DNA from: an uncultured Planctomycetia bacterium
Lineage (GTDB): Bacteria; Omnitrophota; Gorgyraeia; 2-01-FULL-45-10
Assembly (NCBI GenBank): GCA_964450115.1
Contig: CAYVCD010000003.1
Span: forward strand, 1 to 44,257
DNA length: 44,257 nt
Direction of reading: 5' to 3'
Shown: piece after piece, positions 19,632 through 31,600 of the stretch
How the letters are laid out: each line of letters begins with the position of its first letter
Numbering within the stretch: the first letter of the stretch is position 1
Made by a program: the position numbers and the translations under genes
The notes under the pieces: model-generated
Database searches by the model: none
What the model saw: the letters and a program-made list of their open reading frames with translations, nothing else
What the model was told of the DNA's origin: nothing

Positions 19632-22600
19632 ATGATTGCTTCATTCAGACAACATATTGTATGTAAAGTGATAGCGCTCATGGTGAGCTTTACGTTCATC
19701 TGGCAGTCTGTAGGCCCGGTGGCGGAAGCCGAAGACGCTTATGCCGCGACGCTCTCTTCCGATAGCCGCAGTATCGATATCCCTTCTATAAAATTACCCG
19801 CTAGCATTGGAGAGGTGATCGATTCATCCAAAGGTAATATTGGCAAGACGATCATCCATATACGTGATGCTCACTGCGATTATTCTGCTCAAAACTCCAT
19901 CTCAGGTTTGGTGGGTTATTTTAGGGATAAGCATGGTATAAAGCTCGTTGCTCTTGAGGGAGGCGTAGGTGATTACGACCTATCCGTCTTTACTGATATA
20001 AAAGATGCCAGTTTGCGCGAAAAGACAGCTGACTATTTTGTAAAACAGGGTGAGGTCAACGGCGCGGAATTCTATGCCATCAATAACCCTGCCAAAGTCA
20101 TGCTCTACGGTGTAGAGGATCCAGAGCTTTATCAAGAAAACCTCAGTGCCTACATGGAATCCTTAAAGTTTAAGGATGATGCCCAGAGGCTGCTAAAAAT
20201 CTTATCCGCAACATTGCCGAAACTAAAATCAAAGATATACCCTGCTAATTTCAAGCAATTTGACGAGAAGGTTAAGCTCTTTAAAGAGGACAAGATCAGC
20301 TTCGAGGAGTATGCCGCCGCTATAGCCGATTTCGCGAAGAAAGAGAGTATCGACCTATCGGAATATCCCAACATAAGCCGCTTCTACGATGTTATGGACC
20401 ATGAGAGCGGTATTAATATGAAAGAGGCAGAGCACCAGCGCAATATACTCATAGACCTGCTCAATAAGAAGCTATCGAAGAAGTATATCGAGGAGTTAGT
20501 TGCCAAGACAGTAGAGTTCAACGACAATGTCATGCCTGCGACAGAGTACTACGCGTTTCTATTGGATAAGGCCAAGCTCTGCGGCATAGATATGGAGAAG
20601 ATGCCGGACCTTGTAAGCTATGCGCAGTGTGCCGATAAGACAAAGACTGTGAATAAGAAGGCACTTGAAAAAGAGTTTAAACTGCTTGATCAAAAGATGT
20701 GCTCTACATTCCTGAAGACAGAGGAAGCCAGGGAGCTCTGTTCACTCGATAGGCGGCTCTTCGTATTAGAACGCATGTTTTCAACTACTCTGGTAAAGGA
20801 TGATTGGGACTACTATTCCGCGAACCGTGAAATGTTCGATACAAAGAATTTCCCGCTTGATGCAGGGAAGGGCCTTGGGAAGCTGGATGATTATCGTAAA
20901 GATATGGAGAAGTTCTATGACATCTCGCTTAAGAGGGACGATATATTCATAGATAAGATAGCAGCAAGGCTAAAGAAAGAGAAACAGAATAATGTGGTTC
21001 TAGTTACAGGAGGTTTCCATCAGGATAATCTTAGGAAGCTATTTGAAGACAAAGGATATTCGTATGTAGAGGTCCTGCCAAGGATCGAAAAGACTGATGG
21101 GGAGAATCCGTATTTCAGGCTGCTTTCTGGCGGAGCGGATCCTATCGCTAGAGCTATAAGAGAGAGTCAGTCAAATTTGCAAATCGCAACCTTTTTGGAT
21201 CCATCGGGCTTAAATCCTAGCGCTAGTTCCATAAAGAGAGCCGTAAGGGTAGTGGAGAAACTTCTTAGAAATCAGGAGGCTCAAGAAGGCGATATCCGCT
21301 TCTCTCTATTGCCTTTTGATGGAGCAGAATTGCTTAAAGTAAAAGGCGAAGATGGCAAGCTGGAACAAGTGAAGGTGGATGGCAGGCCGGTGTATGTATC
21401 CAGAGGGTACGCAAAACCCGCCGCGCCCAAGCCAGTGGCTTCTACGCCTACTGCGCCCAAACCAGCGGCGCCTACGCCCACCACGCCAGCGCCCACTGCG
21501 CCGGTTGCCGAAACCGTGAACCCGCAAGAGCAGGCTATAAATATATTATCCGGGAACGTGAGCGAAGACGTAGGATATCTCTCATATAATACAGGCATGA
21601 ATAATACCTATGCGGCTCAATCTGTGCAAATGCCGGATAGTATGCGCAGAAGAGAAGGCCTTCGCAATAATGAAATGCTTGTATCGAGATTTAAGAGTAT
21701 AGCCAATAATGAATTGGATCGCGCCATAAGAGAAGGATATGAAGGCAGGCCGGTTATGTATGCCACATATCCTTACGGCGAAGACAAAGAGATCGTTTCG
21801 TTAGTTCTCACGGTGCCATATTATGATGGCGGCAGAGCTTGTGTGGCCACATATGTAATTGCAATGAGCATGGCTCAATTCGATCAGATTAAAAACACTC
21901 TGGCATCGAACCCTGAAATTATATATGAAGCGCTGCTTAACAGGGCTAAGGCAGATAACAGGTCGACCCAATTATATAATGCGATAATAGGCGAAAAAAA
22001 ATCCGGAGGGATGTTAGAGGCGCCGACATTTATACATCTTAATAGTTTTAATAACGATAGTACAGAAATTGTTCCAATAGATGGCGATATTTATAGCCTA
22101 TTATGGAAAACCAATCCCGAGAAATTCCAGGCTGAAAGAGAGTTGCATCTCGAGTTGGCCAAAAGAATCGTTGCGGCTATATCCGGAGCTGCCGTTGATG
22201 CTGGTCAGGTAGTAATTTCAACGCCCGAAGTAGCTCAACCGCCTACCGGGCCCGCCGCGCCGGCAGCGCTTGAAGCGCCGGGACAAGGAATGGGTAAAGG
22301 CGTGATAAGATTTGTTGCAGATGTAATATTTGGCCTGATGAAGCTTATGGGAATAAATATTACACCTGCCCGCAGGACTTTTGTAGAGGATATTGTAGTG
22401 CCAATCATAGAGGAAGGCCTTATGGGGCTTACGCTATTATTTGGTAGCCCGGCTATTTATGCGGGCATAAGAATAATATTCGCATTGCTTCATATTCCTC
22501 AGGATAGGGCACCTCCCTTAGGCGTAGAACGCAATCTCTATCAAAAAACCGCAATACCCGCGATCATATCTGCAATATCTCTCGCCGCATTATGTATGCT

Positions 22601-25600
22601 TGGTCCAATATTAGGACCTGTTGGAGTAATAGGGGTAAGCATTTTAGCGCACTCGCTAGCTAATACTTTTGTTAGTATAACCGGTTCATCTTTACAGAAG
22701 GCGAATATAGGTAGTGACCTTGTAACTGCAGGCGATATCGTGACTGGCGATGGCTGGAGGCCATTATCATACACAGTAGCTTTCATGCGTGAATTATTGA
22801 ATTCTCAGACAGTTCATGATAACGCATATTATTCTAAATTCACGGATGATAGTATATTCCGCGGTGAAGCGGAAAAGACATACGGAGCCAGGAGCATGGT
22901 GCCCGCCAGGGTCGATACCTATATATATAACCAAGCTATGAAGAAAGAACAAGCTCTTGTAGAATTGATAGCGAATGGTCAGGATGCGACGGCCAATGAC
23001 AAGACAATAGGGCGTTTCGGGGTTGGGGCGTATCAGATGTTCCAGGAGTTAAGAGGTCCTGAAGATTCGATAGTCATCACCACTTCTACTGATGGTAAAG
23101 AGGCCATACAGCTAACTTTTAGATTAGTGAATGGGGTGCTGTCCTACAAGGTGGGGACCGTAACGGAGGGCGTGCAGCAAGGAACGCGCATCGAAGTGAA
23201 CAGGCCTCTCTCCGATACGGAAGCCAGATCACGTATCGATTATATAAGATCAAAGCTGAGGGCAAACTCCAGGGGCGCTATAAAGGTCAACGGCGAAATC
23301 ATTAATAATGTAGAACGGTATTTTTATATTAACGGAGTTGACAGGCTCGCATTGCCGGAGATAGCTCCTGTGGAGGTGTCGGTCGGAGAAAAAGGCTATG
23401 TAGTAACGGACAGGGGCAGAGGAATGAGCGCGCAGGTCTTATTTGAAAAGTTCCTTGTCCCTAAGAGCACGACAAAGGCGTTGGAAGGTAAGCCTGTGGA
23501 AAAGCCGGATGAAATACGCTATGAGACGAAGATATTCTATTCCGATCCTTCCGAAGAAGAGACAGACGGCGTTATCTCCATACAGGTGAGCGGAGTCGCT
23601 AATGTAGACATTCCTATACATGGTATGAGCATACCTAAAGAGATGATAATAGAGCTGCCGCATGATGTTTGGCTGCCTGAGTCCAGGGACAGGGTGGCGC
23701 TCGACGAACTGACTATAAATGGCCTTATACAGGTGATGAATAAGCTGGTAGACCCGGAAAGAGATATAAAGGACAGGTACTCCCTCTTGAACGGCATGGC
23801 TATATTAATGGAGAGCCTTTTAAAAGACAGTAGAGATAAGAGCCTTCTCTATGAATTCAGAAGGATATGCGCGAAACTTGTGAAAGCGGAGCAGGCGCGC
23901 GGTAATATAATATTGCCTAACAGAAAGTTATTCAGGTCTATTGTGCTACCCGCGGAATACAAAGATAAGGTGATCTATCTTGATGAAAATCTTTTCGAGT
24001 TTGTCCCGTCCAACCTGCCAAATGCGTATCTGGCGAATAAGTTTATTTCTGATACCCACGCCTTGTATGTGGCCGATCTTGATACAGTTGGGGATAATGA
24101 TGTTTATATTGAAGGCAAGTATCCTAACGGGAACGGATGGATAATACTGGACAGGAAGACATATGAAAGGCATAAAGATGATCCGTGGTTAGTAGACCTT
24201 CTCTTCAATTTTAACATAAGCTATGGTGATACCGGCAACGCGTTCGGCCATTTTCGTGAGGAAGAGAGAGAGGGCATCGGGTATAAGGATAAAGTTGCAA
24301 CCACTATCGCTTCGTACAATAAAATAGATGAAGATACTGTTCAACGACTTAAAGCAGAAATATTTGATGAGAATACAAAAAAGCTTCTGGAGATGTTTGA
24401 TGAGAAAGACCGTAGGATAATAATAGGCGAGATTGAAGAAGGAATAAGAAATGGATCGATATCCGAAAGTGACACGGAAAAGATAAAAAAAGAGCTAAGA
24501 GAATGGCTTAACTATCTTCTGAAAGTAAAGAACATGATCTCGGGAGATTCGGAGGCGGTCTTGACAGGAGACTGGGTAAGGCAGAAGCTGTTTTCGACGC
24601 CTCTATTGGTATTCGATGAAGCTGCCGATCGCTATCGGGGCGATATGATCAGAAGGTTTGTCGGCGGTAAGCTCTATTTTTGGTACGATGAGATGTGGGA
24701 GGATGGTAGGAAGATATATGAGCTCGGCCCCGGAGGCGAGGCAATCGTCGCGTATGACAACGCGGAATTCGTATTCCTGAATGGCCAGACATATCTATTA
24801 AGAAAAGCGGGTGATTCGGAGACGTTTAGATTGGAGATAGTAGAAGAGGGGCAGCCAAGGGCGCTTCTTGATGATGTGATAGGCATTGATGAAAAGTGTA
24901 ATGAAGGATTTATTACGGTTCTTGCGAAACGGGGTAATGACGTGGCGATATATTCCCTGCAAGGCCGGGAGGTTAAAGAATTATGCTGTATAAATAAAGA
25001 CGTTGTTTTGCATAAGAAGAGCGGCGGTCAAGATATAACTTTGGGGTCTAGCATTCCATATGATAAGCAGAGTAAATTATTGCATTTTCACCGCGCCTCT
25101 TATCCCGTTAAAGTATTTGTCCGTGGTGAAAGGATATTTATAACGATCAATGGATTTTATGGTAGTGGTCTGTATGAAGTAACCCAGGGCAGTAATATCG
25201 TTTTAATAAAAGACAGCTCCTTTGAAACTATACGCGACATAAAGATTTTAAGCTCGGGTAACGTCGTTGTCTATTCGAAAATGCTGCTGCCAAGCATAAT
25301 CGGGAAAAAACTCGATACTATATACAGGGTTCAAGTATTTGATAAAAATTGGAATAGCATAGCTCTACGATCGGCAACAGACTCTACATATTTATGGGAA
25401 AGAAATGACCATATATACTTCGATGTTAAAACAGGCGATGGCAGCTTAATGTATCGCATAAGCCCGACCGGGAGCATTGAGATATTGACCAAGGATGGAT
25501 TCCAGGCTGAGGGCACGGGCATTATAGTATCGAAAATAAACTTTATAGGTGATTATGCCTACATGTATCGTGCTATTTCGGGCGAATCATATGAAAGACT

Positions 25601-28600
25601 CATAAGGTTGTCGTTGATTAGCGGGAAAGTAGAGGAGGTAGGGGAGACGTTACGTAGCTTAACCAGATATTTCAGGTCAGCCGATCCTAACATAGGTGAT
25701 GGGGCATACTACATAACAGGATTTTCACGAGCCGGCTTAGGTCCCGCTGGCTCTATCACGGAATTTCATCCCAACACTCTCGTTCTTGTAGATAAAGGCG
25801 GGGCAATGCGAAAGATTGATTTTGAAGGCATTTTGTATGATGTCTATTCTGACGGTGAGTCTGTATATACCGTGGAAACAGTTGAGCAAGAGGGAATGGA
25901 ACAGTATTACAGGAAAGTCAGAATATGGCGCATAGGGTTTGACGGAAGCAAAGAGGTTGTTTTTAGCGCGGAAGGGGTTTTATCCGAAGATAGGCCGGAT
26001 TTTGTCCACAGGCAAGATATGTTTTCCATAGGCCTCAATGACGAATGCGTCACTTTTGACACAAAGACCGGTAAAGCCGGGAAAATTATACCGCCGCAGA
26101 GGCTTAAGGGAAGTTCCGGACGAATGATTTTTGCCGGCAATGATTTCTATTTAGTGGATAATGATGGCAGGACTATAAGGATGTTTCCATCCGTGGGAAC
26201 ATCCTTGGCAAACAATGAAAAATTGAGGCGCAACATAGAGCTGCTCAATACAGGTATCAACAAAGAGATTATTGACAAGTACGCTATGTCACTGGACCGA
26301 TATAAAATTATGTCGCTGTTATTGTCTCTGCAGAATAACGATAACTGGATGCCTGGCATGATATTTTTGCATAACTCTCACTGGAAGATGCCCGGCATAG
26401 AAAAACTCAAAGACCTTTTTAACAGTATAATGCTGGAATCCAAGGATGTTTCGGAGATTGACGAGGCGTTCAATTTCATAGATTATACCCTGGCATCATT
26501 CAAAAACACTGAAATGGCTATAAGGATAATAGAGCGCTGGGGAAGAATTTTTCTGAAGAACGATGAACTGGCAAAGATAATTATGAAGGCCATTTACAAG
26601 GATGTTGATATACAGTCCGACGGCGAACAATCTTATTCTTATAAACCGTATGAAGTCTACAATAAAAACCCGGATAAAATAGGCCAGCTTCCCGATATAG
26701 TGCGCCTCTATCTGGATTTCCTCACAAAAGATGAATTAAGCGCTCCCGGAATAATCGAAGAAGAAATATTCCGCGGCGAACCCTATAGCGCGATGATATC
26801 GGGCCGGGATCTGTCGACGCTTATCAGGCTTAGATTGGCATTCCCGGATGAGGTATCAGATCGTTCATTGCGCTGGGATGATGTAGTTCGTTTGTTATAC
26901 TCGTTAAAGGACCCGGAATTTGAGGGGATAAAGAGAGAGGTGTCCGGAGCTGTTAACGGACAGGATAAAGTGCATTGTTACTGGATAAGAGAGCTCGCCC
27001 AAAACGCGCGCGATGCCGTAAGAGAGGTGGCGGGTATCAAGGCGAAAAGCGGATTCTTAGGGCATGGATTTTATACGCTTTTTGCAGGAAAGTGCGACGA
27101 GGTACGGATAAGGACAGGGAACGGTCAAGCAACGTATGAATTGGTATTGAAGCCGCGATATGACGCAAAAGGCGATCTTATAGATATACAGATATCGCGC
27201 ATGAAAAAATATGACAGCGCTTACAAAGGAACGTGCATTCAAAGGGTAAATTTCTATAAATCTGCCGCTGACGAAGACGCTGTACTTGGTTGCATGTATG
27301 TGACAAGCCAGGCGATGCGGTTCCTGGGGGCTATTCCTTCGGAAGGTGAGAACGGAGTTACCATAGAATTAAACGGAAGCGTAATAAACGAAGACGGGTA
27401 TAGGAGGGAAGATGCCAATCGCGTTATAAAGATCACTAATGGAATGAGCAAAGAAGCGAACGATGCAGGATTCTATGAGTGGATCGCCGGAGTCGAGGAT
27501 CCCGTGGGCATGGATCTGTATACGGTAATAAATAAGCTCTTCCCGCCGGACGTATCCGGTAAGCCGGCGCAATCTTCTCCCGTCGCAGGCGAGATAGAGA
27601 AAGGGCTTAATTCCGGTTTTAGCAATGGTAATATCCCGCGCGTGACGGTTGATGATCTATATGTAGACGAAGTGGACAACAAATACACTTCTTTAATACC
27701 GCCAAGTGTACTTGAGATACTCTCGGCGCATGGGTGGAACATAAGATTCCCACAGGGTACGCCTGTTACCAGGACGAGAAACGGCGTAATGTACGCGGAA
27801 TCGTATGCTCCATGGATAGCGGCGTTAGCGCTAAAGGCTCTCGTCAAGCTTTATCTGACGGGTGAAGGAGTGGATATAAAGGGCTTGGGCCTTCCAAAAG
27901 ATTATATATATTCTGATAGGAACGGGCTTCACGTTTTACAGGATACATTGGAGGATGCAGAGAGGATAAATTCCGGCAGACCCGAGTCCGTAGATTATGC
28001 AAAGTATAAAGATAATCCTCACATGTTAGCTCAATTACTCACGCTTATAAAGGTAGACTTTGGCGGTGAAGCCACAAGCATCAGTGGGATAAAATCAGAG
28101 GTTCTAGGCGAATACTCTAAAGGCCGGCCTGAGCAGGTCAGCCTTGAAGGTATACTGCCCGCCGGAATGGAAAGCCAGAGAGCATCGGCTGAAGCATTCA
28201 TTAAAGGCAGGATCTCCAGTATAAGAGTGGCTTTGACAGACCAGATGCTAAGCGAAGCTGTCATCAGGGCGTATATGGATTTTCTTAAGAAATTGGGGAT
28301 GCTGATGAATGTCAGTAAGAACATAAACCGGTTCGAATGCGTTTTTAGAGCTCCCAGCGATGCGACAGCGGGCGGAAATGTAATAAACTGGAACCTTGCT
28401 TATTATCATGCAAATATCGGGCCGTTTGTAAAGTTTATGCTGGAAGGGGCCTCTGGAAAGATTATGAGCGACGTAGTTCAGACATTCGGACATGAGACGG
28501 GTCATACCGTAGAGGATGAATTTGCTCCTGAACACGGGAACATGTGGACTCACCAGGCGGAGCAGGATATCCGGGGAAGCCTGGGATGGATAATGAAGTT

Positions 28601-31600
28601 ATTGTTTACCAGGATGGTCAAGAACAGCGAGCCCATGAAGGATTTTAGAGACACGATTTTCAGGGAAACTGGGATCTCTCAGGCGGAATTAAAAGCGTCA
28701 TATGAGAGATTGGTCGGCAATATTGAAGAGATGCGTGAAAAGGTAGATGGCTCTAAGGAAGCTCCGGTTTTGTCGCCGCAGGCCGCTCCACCTGCTCCGG
28801 CAGCGCCTGAAGTAGCCCAGCCGCGGGCGCCGCCACAGCCAGCCGCGTATCAGCCCCATAGAGAAGGGCGCACGAGCATGGGTATGCTGGCGGCAATTGT
28901 CGCAGTGGTTATCTTTGTTGGGTATCCTAGAGGGATAGATTTAATGGGTCTCCTCGGCCCCATCGCAATAATCCCTGCGGTTGGAATAGCTATACTGGCT
29001 TTGGTATTACGGTCGAAGCACCGCTCGACAGAATATAAAAAATTGAGCAGCGGGTTTTTCTCCACGATTTTTATCGATACCGGAAAAAATAATGTCGTTA
29101 AATTAAGGACAAAAACTCAAAAAGAAGCTTGGGACAGAATGCAGGCTGTCGAAGGACTAAGGCCTAATTCTAGAAAGAAACAGGCTGAAATAGCTTTGAG
29201 TATAAATAGGGACGGAGAGCAATTTGCTGCACGAAGCACTTATATTGGTAAATTTAATGGCACATTAGAAAACGATAGCGATATTGTCAGGGAAGACGCT
29301 CTGTTGCAGGAGGTATTGTACCTTTTCTCAACAGAAATAGGGACTTTGGCATTTTCGCCCGATAAAAATAGAGAGAAGATAAATGAAAATTTCAAAAAAT
29401 TCCTTGCTCGCCAAAGAGAGATGTGGGAAAGGAGACATTTTGATTCAGACCCTACTTTCGGCAATTATGGATTTACAAGGGACGGTCGCAATGAATTAGT
29501 AGTAAGCGACCTTGACTACCTGATCTCGTTAAAAGACTCTCCTTCCGATATCGATAAACGGTTTAATATGTTTCTTATAAAGTTGCTGAAGGAGAATATA
29601 AGAGAACTTAGAGATATGGAGAACAATAAGAAATTGCCGGATAACAGCCTTGTCGATATCTTCATCAAAGCCGTATACGACAGTGGGATATTCGGTGACA
29701 TCAGTTCGGGAAGCAGACTAATAGAAAATTATCTTACGGGGCAAGTTAACGCCCAAGAAGCCCTGGTAAGCGCCCTGAAAAACTCTGTCATGTCTACTTC
29801 CGCAGAACCTATAAGAAGGTATCTTGAAGAAAGAGGTAATAGTGAAGAGGCAATAGACAGATTTTTACGAATGCTGAGGGATAATAAGAAGCTATTCCTG
29901 GAGGTAGGATGCGGCAATGCCGAGGTGGCCCGCGAGCTTGCCGAAAGAAATAAAGATACTAATGTTCTAGCCATAGATCTTTATGATGGAAGTACCGGAC
30001 TATATAAAGGTACTGCCGAAGCCTTTAACAGAAAGAGATTAAAGGCGCAGAATACACGGAAATACAAAAATTTAGCAGTTATAAGGGCAGACGCCGGCAT
30101 TTTGGAGCACTTACCAGAGGAAATGAGATTCAATCATGTCTTGTTTAATAATCCTGTTAATCAAGTTATCCCTGAAGTAGCAAAATATGCGAAGCGTCTT
30201 AATGCGGAAGGTGAAATAGCCATAAAATATTTGGTCAGCGAATCGACGCCTGGCTCCTTTTACTTCCCAGCAGATCAAAACGGAATGACTGCCAATGTCG
30301 TGGCAGGAGAACCGGTGTTTTTAAAGGTTAATTTATCAGGAAGGCAATCAAAATGGACAAAAGAGAGCAAGGGGCCGCTTATCATATATACAAAGAAAGA
30401 AGGAGTAGGCCTGACCGCCGCGCCTGCGCGAAGCCCTAAGCAAGGCCCCGGTCTAAGTGTTGGCCGCGCCGAAGGGCCGGCAGCGCTGCCTGCTCAAGAC
30501 GCCGAGATCGGCGCTCCGCTGAATGAAGCGCTGCATGCTTATGTGGCGGGCAGAGATATAAGTGGCATGAGAATAGCTGATATGGGATGCGGCACCGGCG
30601 GAGGGGCCATAAAGTGGGCTCAAGAAGGAGCAATCGTTGATGCTATAGAGATAAGCGAGGAAGCGCTTAAACCTGCAAGGCAGAATTTTAATTCTTCCGG
30701 GTTGGATCAAACTGCCAGGGCCCGCATAAGACCAGTAGTAAGTGACCTTTTCGCTTCGCTTCAAGGTGAAAGATATGACATCATCGCTTTTGCGCCTCCA
30801 CTATTAAATCAAAAAATGCCGGGCATTGCGGATGCGACCTCAAAAAGGATAGCCCAGGATAAAGACTTTGATATCATAAGACGATTTATGAAAGAGTCGG
30901 CAGGCCATTTAGAGGCGGGCGGTAGGATAGTGCTTGTCTATGGATACGACGAAGAGCCTCTTGACCCCGGCCGCGGTAACCAATCTACGCTTAAAAAGAT
31001 AAATGAAGATCTTGGGAATATATGGGAAATTAAGATCGTCGATCAGCGGGCAGAGCCGCCCTTTGCGATATATGAGTTGACACTAAATGCCCCTGCTGTG
31101 GCACCGATACCTGTGCGAGTGTCCACTCGAACCATAGATACCGTTGAGGTTCGCGCCGAAGCCATTTGCGCCGCGTTAAAGAGCGAAATGGACTCGACTA
31201 GTCGCGATCCGGTCTCGGTAATAGGATTGCCATGGTGGTTACATGAAGAATTAGAGAAGAAAAATATCAATTCGGATGCATACCTAGCGACATTAGAAAT
31301 CGAGGTAAGCAGGATGCTGGGGAGGAAGGGATTCGGGGATCCCACTAACATGCGTAAAGTTAAACTGTTCTTTATTTCAAAAGACGCGGCCGAAACAAAA
31401 AAGAATCTTCAGGCAGTGCTGAAAGACAGACTATTTAGAAATTTAGAAACGGAACAAAGAATAGTAATATTTGTGCCGCAGATTGAGGGGGTCAAGGTCG
31501 AAATAGACGAAGATCTTCTGAAAGACCTCGGAGACAAGTGTATTCAATTACCGGACGCTTATAGCGATATAGGTGGAGCTCGACGTCTCCCGGATATTGA

